The translations under genes were made by a program, and so were the position numbers. Below the pieces are notes generated by a model. The model worked only from the letters and a program-made list of their open reading frames with translations. It was not told where the DNA came from and ran no database searches. From a cyanobacterium endosymbiont of Braarudosphaera bigelowii (GTDB taxonomy: Bacteria; Cyanobacteriota; Cyanobacteriia; Cyanobacteriales; Microcystaceae), in NCBI RefSeq assembly GCF_020885515.1, contig NZ_AP024987.1, forward strand, positions 270,001 through 302,000: a stretch of 32,000 bases of DNA, in the 5' to 3' direction. Every line of letters begins with the position of its first letter. The first letter of the stretch is position 1. Below are positions 20,961-31,474 of the stretch, one piece after another.

Positions 20961-22154
20961 ATGAATAAATCTCTATTACCTGTTCCTTCAGGTATTTTCA
21001 AGATTTTAGATCTTTCAGTAAATGATAATAATATTGAAGAGAGTTGTCTTGAATTTTCTTTAATATTACCTACCTATAACGAAGCAGAAAATATTCAAAA
21101 TATTATTAAAATCTTAAGTGATTTATTAGACAAAGTTATACCTAATAATTATGAATTAATAGTAGTTGATGACGATAGTCCAGATTATACTTGGCAAATA
21201 GCTTTACAATTAATATCTGATTATCCTAAACTTCGTGTTATGCGTAGAGTAAATGAGAAAGGCCTCTCTACTGCGGTTATACGTGGATGGCAAGCAGCCA
21301 AAGGAAAAATTTTAGGAGTTATTGATGCTGATTTACAACATCCTCCGGAGATATTATTAGATCTTCTTCAGAACATGAAAAATGGAGCAGACCTTGCAGT
21401 TGCTAGTAGACATGTTGAAGGAGGTGGAGTAAGTGAATGGAGTGTAGCTCGTCGATTCTTATCTCGAGGTGCACAAATGTTAGGTCTAATAATATTGCCA
21501 GAAGTAATAGGTCGTCTTTCTGATCCTATGAGTGGCTACTTTATGATACGTCGTAGGTCTATTATTAACAAAACTCTAAACCCTGTAGGCTACAAAATTT
21601 TAATTGAAGTTACAGCAAGAGGTAAAATTAACTGGTTATCCGAAATAGGTTATATATTTAGAGAACGTCAAATTGGAGAAAGTAAAGTTACTTGGAAACA
21701 ATATATCCAGTATCTTCAACATCTTATAAGGCTAAGATTATCTTTATCAACACGTTTTTTTCAGTTTTGTTTAGTAGGACTGGGTGGAATGATCATGGAT
21801 ATGAGCATTCTATACTTATTGAGTGATAATAATACTTTAGGATTACCTTTAACTCGCAGTAAAATTGTTGCAGCAGAGTTGGCAATTATTAATAATTTTA
21901 TATGGAATGATTTCTGGACATTTCGAGATATTACTTTTTCTCAACCTGGTAAGCACTTAAGAATTAGAAGATTTATAAAATTTAATATTATCTGTTTGAC
22001 AGGTTTGATTTTAAATATCTTTTTATTAAATGTATTGTTTAACACATTTAAATTCAATCGTTATTTTGCTAATTTCTTTGCGATTGTTTGTGTAACTTTA
22101 TGGAATTTTTGGTTTAATCTAAAATTAAGCTGGCGAGTTACTGAAATAGATTAA
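20961..22154 (+). CDS. Family 2 glycosyltransferase fused to GtrA-like membrane domain (dolichol-phosphate mannosyltransferase-like)
   Basis: LILPTYNEAENI, VVDDDSPD, GVIDADLQHPPE GT2 motifs; C-terminal FCLVGLGGMIMDMSILYLL...NFIWNDFWTFRD GtrA pattern. Confidence 0.93.
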   Translation: MNKSLLPVPSGIFKILDLSVNDNNIEESCLEFSLILPTYNEAENIQNIIKILSDLLDKVIPNNYELIVVDDDSPDYTWQIALQLISDYPKLRVMRRVNEKGLSTAVIRGWQAAKGKILGVIDADLQHPPEILLDLLQNMKNGADLAVASRHVEGGGVSEWSVARRFLSRGAQMLGLIILPEVIGRLSDPMSGYFMIRRRSIINKTLNPVGYKILIEVTARGKINWLSEIGYIFRERQIGESKVTWKQYIQYLQHLIRLRLSLSTRFFQFCLVGLGGMIMDMSILYLLSDNNTLGLPLTRSKIVAAELAIINNFIWNDFWTFRDITFSQPGKHLRIRRFIKFNIICLTGLILNIFLLNVLFNTFKFNRYFANFFAIVCVTLWNFWFNLKLSWRVTEID

Positions 22155-22472
22155 TGGTTACAATGTTATTAATTGCACTGGCTGAATAAATATTTGCATT
22201 TAATTCGTATACTCTAAGTTTTGATGACAAAACTTTATTTCTAGTATTAATAATACTTTTTAAATAGTTAATTATTACTAATATTAAATAATCTTATTTT
22301 TGTAAGAGAAATTAAAGAGTTAAAAAAATATTAATAATTATCAAATTAGTTACAACTTAATTTTTTCTAAAATATTTTAAAATTTTCAAATAATAATTAC
22401 AATTAAATACTATGTTAATTTTAGATTTAACTATACATAGAGTAAGAACTGTTATTCTAATTTAAATATTAT

Positions 22473-24410
22473 TTAATTATCGTTAGCATCTAGTTCTGAC
22501 AAGCTTTGTGATAGTTGTAGTTTTAATATTTTTTGTTTGCTTGTAATATATTCATTTAAATAATATTCAAAATTTACTAAATCTTCATTTTTATCAATCA
22601 TTTGATATTTTATTTTACAATAGTAACAATATTTTTTTAAGCTAGCTTTTTCAAGAAATATTAAAGATGCTTTAATAATTAAATCTAAACGTTCATTGTC
22701 TTCATGTTGTTCTAATTCACTAAAACTCAATATTTGATCAACACATGTTTCTACTAAGGATGATTCCCATATAGTTTCTTGGAGTCTATAACTTAGTTGA
22801 TCTTTATCTGTTTTATTTTTATTTTGATGACTGTCTTCAATTTCTAATATTTTTGTCCATACTATACGATGTTCCTTTGTATTAAAAAATAAATTTTTAA
22901 ATTCAAGGCTTTTTGATATCCTACGACGATATTCTGAGTAACGAAGATAAACTTTTAGTAAATTAATTTCAGCTTCTTTAAGTAATTGATCTTCAAGAAG
23001 TATATTTGCTTTTGTAAACTGTTTAGATTTTTTACTGTTAAAATTATTAGCTATAGGTTTGGCTAACTGCAACTGAAAATTTTTCAGATATATTGGAATT
23101 AACCTTGTATCTCCCTGAGAAAGTATTTCTGAGCAATGCCGAATATAGTATTCTCGCTTATTATAATCAGACAATTTAGACAGCAAGATCATCATTTCTT
23201 TTACAACTTTTTCAAAATGATCAGCTCTTTTTAAATCTTTGTCTAATAGAATTTGTTCGATTTGCCAGCCAAGCCATAATGGAGCACTATTGATTAACTT
23301 ATAATATTTTTCTGCACTGTTTTGATTAAATTTTAGAAACTCATCAGCATCTTTTCCACTAGGAAGATTTAAAATTTTTAACTGCACTTGTCCAGAATAT
23401 ACTAAAGAGTCTATTTCAGTAATCATTCGCTGTATAGCTTTAGTTCCTGCATTATCAGCATCAAAATTAAAAATAATTTGCTTTGAATCTGTATATCTTA
23501 ATAACTTTCTAAGTTGAGTTTTACTAAAAGCAGTACCTAAAGAAGCCACCGTATTTTTGATACCTGCCTCATGAAGTGATATTACATCAAAATAGCCTTC
23601 AACAACAATAGCATGATCCAAGTTGCGTATATTTTTATAAGCTTGATCTAAAGCAAATAGAATATTACTTTTACTAAAAAGAGAAGTTTCAGGAGAGTTT
23701 AAATATTTTGGTTCCTGATTATTTAGGCTTCTTCCTCCAAAAGCAATAATACGTCCTTCAATATCTTTAATAGGAATCATTATTCGTCCACGAAATGTAT
23801 CATAGTGACCTCTGCCTTTATTTCGCGGTTTAATTATTCCTGTCTGCTCCAAAAGACTTACAGGATAGTTTTTGCATTTTACTAGATAAGAATATAAAGT
23901 TTCCCATCCTTCTGGAGAATATCCTAGATTAAATTTTGATATAGTTTCTGATTTTAATTGTCTTTTATTAATAAGATAATCTAAAGCTTGTTTTCCTATC
24001 GGTTCATATAATAAATGTTCATAATAATTTGCGGATGTAGCTAAAATTTCATAAAGTTGGTTTTGTAACGAAATTCTTGCTTGTAATATTTCAGTATTTT
24101 CTTCTTCTAAGTCTTTAATGGAAATCTTATGTTGTTTAGCTAATTCAAGTACAACCTGATTAAAAGGTTCTTTTCTAATTTCCATTAAAAATTTAATAGC
24201 GTTCCCTCCCGCTCCACACCCAAAACAATAATATAGTTGCTTATCAGCATTAACTGTAAAACTAGGAGTTTTTTCGTCATGGAAAGGACAAAGACCAACA
24301 TAATTTTTTCCTCTCCTTTTTAGTACAACATATTCAGAAATAGTGTCATATATGTTAGTTCTTTCTTTAATTTCTTCTAAAGTATCAGGATGTAGACGTA
24401 GAAAGCTCAT
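22473..24410 (-). CDS. dnaG: DNA primase
   Basis: CHC2 zinc finger YVGLCPFHDEKTPSFTVNADKQLYYCFGCGAGGN; TOPRIM VVEGYFDVISLHEAGI. Start set at MSFLRLHPDTLEEIKE (24410). Confidence 0.97.
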   Translation of the reverse strand: MSFLRLHPDTLEEIKERTNIYDTISEYVVLKRRGKNYVGLCPFHDEKTPSFTVNADKQLYYCFGCGAGGNAIKFLMEIRKEPFNQVVLELAKQHKISIKDLEEENTEILQARISLQNQLYEILATSANYYEHLLYEPIGKQALDYLINKRQLKSETISKFNLGYSPEGWETLYSYLVKCKNYPVSLLEQTGIIKPRNKGRGHYDTFRGRIMIPIKDIEGRIIAFGGRSLNNQEPKYLNSPETSLFSKSNILFALDQAYKNIRNLDHAIVVEGYFDVISLHEAGIKNTVASLGTAFSKTQLRKLLRYTDSKQIIFNFDADNAGTKAIQRMITEIDSLVYSGQVQLKILNLPSGKDADEFLKFNQNSAEKYYKLINSAPLWLGWQIEQILLDKDLKRADHFEKVVKEMMILLSKLSDYNKREYYIRHCSEILSQGDTRLIPIYLKNFQLQLAKPIANNFNSKKSKQFTKANILLEDQLLKEAEINLLKVYLRYSEYRRRISKSLEFKNLFFNTKEHRIVWTKILEIEDSHQNKNKTDKDQLSYRLQETIWESSLVETCVDQILSFSELEQHEDNERLDLIIKASLIFLEKASLKKYCYYCKIKYQMIDKNEDLVNFEYYLNEYITSKQKILKLQLSQSLSELDANDN

Positions 24411-24628
24411 AAGATTTAATAATGTAACTTCGTGGAACATTAGCCATCTTGACTAAGAAATTTGACTCAAATAGTTTTAGCCAATATATGCAAAAACATA
24501 CATCTATTCAATAAGAAGTTATCAATTAGATTTAATTTCAGTTCTTATTTCTTAAGATAACATCTGATTTTAAAACATTGTGCTATATTCATAATACTAA
24601 TGTTTAATATGAAAACTAATTTTAAAAA

Positions 24629-24681
24629 AACATAGTATAAGAGTATTTTTAGTTATAAAATATTCTTATATTATGTTTTAA
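24629..24681. terminator. Long hairpin about 220 nt beyond the ECF T-component stop
   Basis: AAAACATAGTATAAGAGTATTTT (24629-24651) pairs with AAAATATTCTTATATTATGTTTT (24659-24681), 23 positions with two G-U pairs. Confidence 0.55.
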
Positions 24682-24899
24682 AGTTTAAATATTGTTTTAC
24701 ATTATAAAATTAACAATACCTCTGAAATAGATAAGTTAGTTTAGATTATTAACAATGTTAGCGATTCTATCCATTCATTGGATGATAAGTTTTAATATCT
24801 AGAAATTAAAATGAAATATGATAAATACAATAATTTTTTACTAGTTCTTATTAAACATAGTTAGCTATTAAATGATTAAAATAATAGACTAAAACATTA

Positions 24900-25751
24900 T
24901 CAAATATTATTAATTAACCAAGAAAATTTACCAACCCCATACCAAATATATAGAACTATAACTAGTAGCAATGATACTATTAAAAAACCTATGGTTAAGT
25001 AATCAGACTGGTTTAGTAATGATTCATTTAAATAAGTTCTATGAGAACTACCTGAAAACGATTTAGACTGTAATACAATATCTATTGTATTAGTTTTAGC
25101 CATAGAATTAAGAATTAAAGATACAGCAAGATTCAAATAAATTGTAGCTTTTTTTACTAGGCTAAGTTTACCTAAAGCTAATCCTCTTAGTTTCTGAGCT
25201 TCCAAGATAGATTGTATCTCTTCAATTAATAATGGAAAAAATCTCAACGTAGATGAAAAAATGAAAACAATTTTGTATGGTATTTTCATTTTTACCATCC
25301 CTATAACCATATCGTTGATGTCAGTTGTAAAAACTCCTAATGGAATTATTAAAATCATATTTAGTATCTTGAGTACTATATTAAGTCCATAAAAGACTCC
25401 TTCATAATTCATTATTAGTCCTCCAATCCAAAACCAATTATCTGGAAAAGTAAAAATAGGAGTTAAATAATTTGTGTTTAATAGTACTTCTATCTGATCA
25501 ACATAAAAAAATCCTGTAATAATTAATATTAAGGAATAAAAAGGCATCATTATTGTAAATATTTTCCTGAAATAATTTATTTTTATTCCAGCCACGATAC
25601 AAGCATATCCTATAGCTAAGCCTAACAATCCTTCTGTAAAAGGGCTTTCCCAAAGAAACGTAATTATTGTAGTAATTATAATTATCAATAATTTAGTTCT
25701 AAAATCTAAGTAAGTGAAAAATGACTTTTTATTAACTGTTTCAAATTTCAT
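24900..25751 (-). CDS. Energy-coupling factor transporter transmembrane T component (EcfT/CbiQ family)
   Basis: Polytopic membrane protein with EAQKLRGLALGK resembling the conserved Ala-Arg-Gly helix of EcfT; overlaps the ATPase gene. Confidence 0.87.
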   Translation of the reverse strand: MKFETVNKKSFFTYLDFRTKLLIIIITTIITFLWESPFTEGLLGLAIGYACIVAGIKINYFRKIFTIMMPFYSLILIITGFFYVDQIEVLLNTNYLTPIFTFPDNWFWIGGLIMNYEGVFYGLNIVLKILNMILIIPLGVFTTDINDMVIGMVKMKIPYKIVFIFSSTLRFFPLLIEEIQSILEAQKLRGLALGKLSLVKKATIYLNLAVSLILNSMAKTNTIDIVLQSKSFSGSSHRTYLNESLLNQSDYLTIGFLIVSLLLVIVLYIWYGVGKFSWLINNI

Positions 25752-27465
25752 AAGAAGAAAAACATTTTATCATTTGATTAGGTGTTAAAGCAGGATATTT
25801 ATTCTGTATATTTCGATTCATTTCTTGAGTTAGAAGAACTGTTTGAGGGGGAACAAGATAAGTAGATTTCAATAGTTCTACTTTATGATAAGCTTCATCA
25901 ATAGAAGCATCTAATATCATTTTCCCCTCCTTTAGCAGAATTACTCTTTCAGCATAGTTTGACATCAAATATAAATGGTGTGTTATGACTACAATAGTTT
26001 TTCCAGCCTGATGTAATTTGCGAGTAATTTCTAAAATTGAACAAGCACCTTTATAATCTTGACCAGTTGTAGGTTCATCAAAAATTATTATATCTGTTTC
26101 CATAGCTAAGATAGCAGCAATAATAATTCGTGCACGATCACCTTTGGCCAACGAAAAAGGATGAGCTTGACTAAATTCTAGCAAGCCAATATCTTCTAAA
26201 ATTTTATAAACCTTATTGTCTATTTGTCTTTTCCCATAGCCTAAATTGTTTAGTGCAAAAATAATTTCATCTTTAACTGTCATGTTAAAAATTTGGTTAT
26301 CAGGATTTTGTCCAACATACCCAATGATTCTAGATATATCACTAATTGATAAAGTTTGCGTATCTTTATTTTTTACTTGTACAGTTCCTTGTGTAGGTTG
26401 TAAAAGATTTAAAAAATGTTTAACCAAAGTACTTTTCCCTGAACCATTCTGACCAGCTATTAAAACATATTCTCCCGAAAAAATATCAAGTGATATTTTA
26501 TCTAAAACTTTTATATTATTCTCATAACAATAAGTTAAGTTTCTTGTAGATAATAAGGGTACTAAATTATTTTCATGCATTCTGTCACTCTTTTTAGGAG
26601 TAGTTGGTATCACGATATTATTCTTTAATTCTCTCAAAGTTTTTATCCCTTGCTCTAAGGTAACAGGAACTTGAGAAAAATTAATTCCTTTTCTTCTGAT
26701 ACCATAAAATATTTTGGCTACTTCTGGAGGACGCAGGTTATGACTTTCTAGTAGGGGAATTTGTGTATATATTTCTTCTGGAGTTCCTGTTTTGATAATT
26801 TTCCCATCAGATAATAGAGCTAAACGATCACTAAATTGAGCCATTTCTTCTGATGCATGAGAAACCATTATGATTGTTATTCCTAATTCTTTATTCAACT
26901 TCCTAACAGTAGAAAAAACTTCCTGAGAACCTATTGGATCAAGCTGTGAGGTAGGTTCATCTAATATAAGCAACTTAGGCTTTAAAGCAATTGCAGCTGC
27001 AATTGCCAAGCGTTGCTTTTGTCCTCCTGATAATTCCTGAGGGTGCTTGTTTTCCATTCCCTCTAGTCTAACTGCCGTTAAGGCAGATGAAATAGAAGTG
27101 ATAATTTCTTCACGCTTAATACACAAATTCTCTAATGCAAATGCTATCTCATTAATAACTGAAGTTGATAATAATTGAGTTTCTGGATCTTCGAAAACAG
27201 ATCCAATATAATGAGATAAGTGACTTACCGGATATTCTAGAGTGTCTAAACCCGCTACTTTTATATATCCGAAAAAGCGTCCTCCATAAAATTGTGGAAT
27301 TATTCCATTTAATGTTAAACATAGCGTTGTTTTTCCGGATCCGGTAGGGCCTATAATTCCTAAAAACTCTCCTTTACGAATATTTAGAGAAATATTTTTA
27401 AGAACGGGTTTTTGGGAATTAGGATAAAAATAAGAGACTTTATCTAAACTGGCTATTATTTCCAT
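25741..27465 (-). CDS. Fused double-ABC energy-coupling factor ATPase (EcfA-EcfA)
   Basis: Two Walker A motifs (GPTGSGKTTL, AGQNGSGKSTL), signature LSGGQKQRLAIAAAIALKPKLLILDEPTSQLDP and second LAKGDRARIIIAAILAMETDIIIFDEPT. Confidence 0.95.
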   Translation of the reverse strand: MEIIASLDKVSYFYPNSQKPVLKNISLNIRKGEFLGIIGPTGSGKTTLCLTLNGIIPQFYGGRFFGYIKVAGLDTLEYPVSHLSHYIGSVFEDPETQLLSTSVINEIAFALENLCIKREEIITSISSALTAVRLEGMENKHPQELSGGQKQRLAIAAAIALKPKLLILDEPTSQLDPIGSQEVFSTVRKLNKELGITIIMVSHASEEMAQFSDRLALLSDGKIIKTGTPEEIYTQIPLLESHNLRPPEVAKIFYGIRRKGINFSQVPVTLEQGIKTLRELKNNIVIPTTPKKSDRMHENNLVPLLSTRNLTYCYENNIKVLDKISLDIFSGEYVLIAGQNGSGKSTLVKHFLNLLQPTQGTVQVKNKDTQTLSISDISRIIGYVGQNPDNQIFNMTVKDEIIFALNNLGYGKRQIDNKVYKILEDIGLLEFSQAHPFSLAKGDRARIIIAAILAMETDIIIFDEPTTGQDYKGACSILEITRKLHQAGKTIVVITHHLYLMSNYAERVILLKEGKMILDASIDEAYHKVELLKSTYLVPPQTVLLTQEMNRNIQNKYPALTPNQMIKCFSSYEI

Positions 27466-27471
27466 AATAGT

Positions 27472-28251
27472 TCAATAAATTGCTGCTTGAGGTTTGATAA
27501 TACCAATAGCTCGTAATCCATAAATGACACGTACACCTATAAAAGTTCCTACTAGAGAACGAACTAGGTTTTCTAAAGGCATTATTGGGATCAAAAATAT
27601 CCAAACTTTTTCTGGCCAATTGAATATGGTATAAGTAATAAAGACTTGACTTAAATGATAAATACCGCTAATTGTCCAGCTGCCAAAAAATAAACCTAGT
27701 GATACTAAATATAAGTTTTTACTATGAATCCATTTTGCAAATAAAGTACGAGTAGGTAGTATAAAAAATAGTAAACCTGACCAATCAATTAAAGAACCTT
27801 TAATGATTATAGATATCGGAACTCCGTTATTTAATGCACGAAACACATATAAAAACAGGGCAATAATAAAAAAAATTGCTACCCCGATCCACCAATATCG
27901 ACGATGCTTCCCGAGAGTCATGGTACCTGCTGCAAAACTAGTAATTATTGCTCCAAAAATGGAGATAGGAGGTATTCCTGCAGTATGTGGAGCCAAAAAG
28001 ACACCCATTAAAGTACCTATTCCGCTGGCTACTGCACCACCGAATGGTCCTAATATCCAACCTAAAAGAGGAAATATGCCTTGACTTAAGGGAAAGATCC
28101 CTCCAGCTCCTATAGTAATAGAAAATGGGATAAAGTTTAAAACTGTTACTACAGTAGACATTACCATTATATGGTTTAGTGGAGTCCCATCTAAAGAAAC
28201 ACTTCCAAGAGATTTGACTTCTCGCTCTTCACCTTGAAGTTCTATTTTCAT
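27472..28251 (-). CDS. Putative ECF transporter substrate-binding S component, substrate unknown
   Basis: Hydrophobic multi-TM protein upstream of the A and T genes, 6-nt gap; GAGGIFPLSQGIFPLLGWILGPFGGAVASGIGTLMG pattern typical of S components. Confidence 0.78.
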   Translation of the reverse strand: MKIELQGEEREVKSLGSVSLDGTPLNHIMVMSTVVTVLNFIPFSITIGAGGIFPLSQGIFPLLGWILGPFGGAVASGIGTLMGVFLAPHTAGIPPISIFGAIITSFAAGTMTLGKHRRYWWIGVAIFFIIALFLYVFRALNNGVPISIIIKGSLIDWSGLLFFILPTRTLFAKWIHSKNLYLVSLGLFFGSWTISGIYHLSQVFITYTIFNWPEKVWIFLIPIMPLENLVRSLVGTFIGVRVIYGLRAIGIIKPQAAIY

Positions 28252-28478
28252 AATAGTTAATGAATATAAATTTTTAGTTCAAGAGTTTTTATTAACTGAA
28301 AAATAAAAAGTTATAATACTGAAAAAATTATTAATATAGTATATGGAATGATCCTCTCATATAAGTTCTTAATGTGCATTATACTTAATAAGCAACAATT
28401 ATATATTTTCAAAGTCTTAAACTTATTCTTATTGTTCAATTACTGTTTTTAATAAAAATAAATTTAAAGTAGATATTG

Positions 28479-29096
28479 TCAGAGATTACCGATACGACAG
28501 TCTCTGAGCCAGATACGAATTCCTTGGCCCACTGTACCATTAATAGCGTTTCGAGGGGGTAATGGTACTTGAAGTAGTAAGTCACTATCTGTATTTATGT
28601 GACCTGGTCTTGAAGAAAGATATACTAACCTCCAGCCATCATCTCCTTTAGAAACAAATACTCGATAATAATTTTCTACAATAGAAATTCTTTCGTGACT
28701 ATAATGTCGTTCTAAAGTTGTAAAAAATGCTTGCTTTGTATTATCTGGGAGTAAGGACTTGTACTGGAAATTTGTTAATGGTAGAGGTTGTAGCTCTAGT
28801 TTTCCTGCTAAGATTATATAACTATATGTATCCTTTTCATTACTTCTTCTTGCTCTTTGTGCTACTCGATTTGAATAACTAGGTAGATCGTGTAATAGTT
28901 GTGTCATTAGCACTTCGAAGCTATTTGGGCAGTTTGTCTTAACTATATTAATAGGTATATGCTTACTATCTATTATGGTATGTAAGTGTTCAGATTTTTG
29001 TACTATTGCAGCATAGCCTCTAGATATAGGTATCATACTGAAAATACCTAAACAACAGCATTTGAGTATAAATAGGATTTTAATTTTTAATGTCAT
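28479..29096 (-). CDS. Conserved-looking hypothetical secreted/lipid-anchored or periplasmic protein
   Basis: N-terminal signal-like [29 protein letters not shown] then soluble domain. Start chosen at M20 of the listed ORF (29096), still overlapping the pyrF end. Confidence 0.75.
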   Translation of the reverse strand: MTLKIKILFILKCCCLGIFSMIPISRGYAAIVQKSEHLHTIIDSKHIPINIVKTNCPNSFEVLMTQLLHDLPSYSNRVAQRARRSNEKDTYSYIILAGKLELQPLPLTNFQYKSLLPDNTKQAFFTTLERHYSHERISIVENYYRVFVSKGDDGWRLVYLSSRPGHINTDSDLLLQVPLPPRNAINGTVGQGIRIWLRDCRIGNL

Positions 29097-29778
29097 TAAT
29101 AATACGACTCCATGCTTCAGTTGGATTATTTGCCATAGTAATTGGGCGGCCAATAACTAAATAATCTGCACCTGCCTTTAGGGCTTGCTTTGGTTGCATT
29201 ATTCTTTGTTGGTCTTTAGCTTGAGACCAAGAAGGTCTTACGCCTGGACAAACTAATATAAATTTTTCTCCACATACTTGTCTTAACTGATAAACTTCAT
29301 GGGGAGAACATACTGCTCCATGAATACCTAATTCTTTAGCTAATGAGGCCATATGAAGAGCATATTTTTCTAATTCTATAGAAATTTTCAGATCGAGCTT
29401 CAACTCTTTTGAACTTAAGCTTGTAAGAAGTGTTACTGCTAATATTTTAGTATTGGAAGAACTGTTAGCGATTGCTTTAGCTGCAGCTTCCATAGCTTTT
29501 TGGCCAGCTGCAGCATGAATAGTAATTAAATCCACTCCATAGTTACTAGCAGAGTTGCATGCTCCAGCGATAGTATTAGGAATATCATGAAATTTTAGGT
29601 CTAGAAAAATCTTTTTTTGTCTATCCTTAAGCAGACTGAATATTTCTGGCCCTAAAGCAACAAATATTTCTAGTCCTACCTTCCAAAAATTTACCTGAGG
29701 TAGTTTATCCAAAAGAGCGATTGCAGATTTCTTATCAGAAACATCTAATGGAACAATTATCTGATTAGTAGAGAACAT
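29080..29778 (-). CDS. pyrF: Orotidine 5'-phosphate decarboxylase
   Basis: [41 protein letters not shown]. Start set at MFSTNQ (29778). Confidence 0.96.
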   Translation of the reverse strand: MFSTNQIIVPLDVSDKKSAIALLDKLPQVNFWKVGLEIFVALGPEIFSLLKDRQKKIFLDLKFHDIPNTIAGACNSASNYGVDLITIHAAAGQKAMEAAAKAIANSSSNTKILAVTLLTSLSSKELKLDLKISIELEKYALHMASLAKELGIHGAVCSPHEVYQLRQVCGEKFILVCPGVRPSWSQAKDQQRIMQPKQALKAGADYLVIGRPITMANNPTEAWSRIINDIKN

Positions 29779-30174
29779 TAGCAAAAGGATCAAATTATTG
29801 AATTGTATTAAACATAAAAAACTAATCTTACAGAAATGTATTATTGGTAGTTAATGTTTATTTTAAAATCATTTATGAAATTATAACAAAGTTAACAACA
29901 TATATTAAGCCTACTGTCTATAATATAATTCTTATAAGTGTATCTTATCACTTCACATAAGCAAAAGTATTTATAATCACCATATAATTAAATTTTTTGT
30001 AATCAATTTTTAATATAGATTACTAATTAATAGTATCCATTTAGTCTAAATTATAGTCAGAATATATTATGTTTTTGTATATCAGTTTTTCTTTATATAG
30101 TTATTTTGCAATTGATTACAATCACACAAAAAATTAGTTCAGTAATTAAATTTTTTATAGAGTTAATATCTAAT

Positions 30175-30633
30175 ATGCATCATGTATCCATTCGTACAGC
30201 TAATATCCAGAAAGCAATAGCTTTTTATGAAGTTTTAGGCTTTACTATCGAAAATCGTTTTGTTATAGATTATACCTTAGCATGTTGGATGGAAGGCTTA
30301 GGAGGGAGAATTGAATTGATTGAAATTCCTGAACCTAAGGCAACTCAAAATATTTTTGAAGATAATCATTATATTGGTTATTATCATATATCTTTTAACT
30401 TGACCCACTATACTTCTGATCTATCTATATGGTTGGATCAGTTAAAAATTAATTTTTCTCAATACGCTCAAGAGAATCTTGATAATTGTTCATATCCAAT
30501 AATTTTACTTGAACCTCATAAACAAGTTATTGGCGATAAACTTTATGAAATAGCATTTATCCAAGATCAGGATGGATTGCCACTAGAATTTATTCGAATT
30601 TTAGAGAATAGTAAGCAGACTTTTAGCTGTTAA
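30175..30633 (+). CDS. VOC/glyoxalase family protein
   Basis: MHHVSIRTANIQKAIAFYEVLGFTIENRF and DQDGLPLEFIRI typical of VOC dioxygenase/glyoxalase fold; internal start preferred over 30106. Confidence 0.87.
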   Translation: MHHVSIRTANIQKAIAFYEVLGFTIENRFVIDYTLACWMEGLGGRIELIEIPEPKATQNIFEDNHYIGYYHISFNLTHYTSDLSIWLDQLKINFSQYAQENLDNCSYPIILLEPHKQVIGDKLYEIAFIQDQDGLPLEFIRILENSKQTFSC

Positions 30634-30766
30634 ATACTATTTTTAATCTAATTACTTTTTTACATAGGAGATATATTGCAAAACTTATCTTTCCTAACAA
30701 TATGAAAATACTATCAAATTATTCTTGTGTAAACAAAAATCTATTTGATAGTATTTTAAACGAAAT

Positions 30767-31354
30767 TTAAAGTAAATAAACTAATACAAAAAGGACAATC
30801 CAAACTACATCGACAAAGTGCCAATAAATTTCTGCTGCTTCAACACCAAAATGAGATTCACTTGTATAGTGTCCTTCTTTAGAAGAGCGCCATAGAACTG
30901 CTAATATTAATAAGAGTCCGAAAGATACATGTAATCCATGGAACCCTGTTAAAACATAAAAACAGCTAGCAAATAAATTTGTAGTTAGTCCCATTTCCAA
31001 GTGAAAATACTCATACATTTGACCGGCAAGAAAGATAAAACCCATTAAAGCCGTTATTCCGAACCAAAGCTTTAGTCCGGAAACATCGTTTTTCTTGATA
31101 GCAGCCTGTCCTTTATGCATAACAAAACTACTAGAAATTAAAATAATGGTATTAATTCCAGGTAACAGTAGTTCTAGCTCTGGCGTTCCTGTCGGTGGCC
31201 AAATAGGCATTACAGTCTTGTAGACTAAAAACGCACTAAATAGCCCTAGAAAAATAGAACTTTCTGCTATTAAGAATAAGACTAAACCGAATAACCTATG
31301 ATCATGATGAACATGATTAGTCTCATGAGATTTTTGAATTGCTGAACCTTGCAT
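30767..31354 (-). CDS. ctaE: Cytochrome c oxidase subunit III
   Basis: LVLFLIAESSIFLGLFSAFLVYK, GFHGLHVSFGLLLI, EAAEIYWHFVDVVWIVLF. Confidence 0.97.
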   Translation of the reverse strand: MQGSAIQKSHETNHVHHDHRLFGLVLFLIAESSIFLGLFSAFLVYKTVMPIWPPTGTPELELLLPGINTIILISSSFVMHKGQAAIKKNDVSGLKLWFGITALMGFIFLAGQMYEYFHLEMGLTTNLFASCFYVLTGFHGLHVSFGLLLILAVLWRSSKEGHYTSESHFGVEAAEIYWHFVDVVWIVLFVLVYLL

Positions 31355-31474
31355 AACAAATTAAATGTTGAAATGATTTAATGAAGAGTATAAACAAATG
31401 GGAAATGGCAAAGTTATGTTGCTTTACTACATTTCCCTATGGGCTATCTTTCCTGGGAAAGATAGAAATACGAC

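Noticed and set aside
22216-22235. Hairpin AAGTTTTG-ATGA-CAAAACTT after the glycosyltransferase
   Set aside because: Short stem without a strong T run; may be a weak terminator but not supportable as a feature.
26246-28084. ORFs 26246..26452 (+), 27165..27347 (-), 27803..28084 (+)
   Set aside because: Contained in or antisense to ECF transporter genes; no independent coding support.
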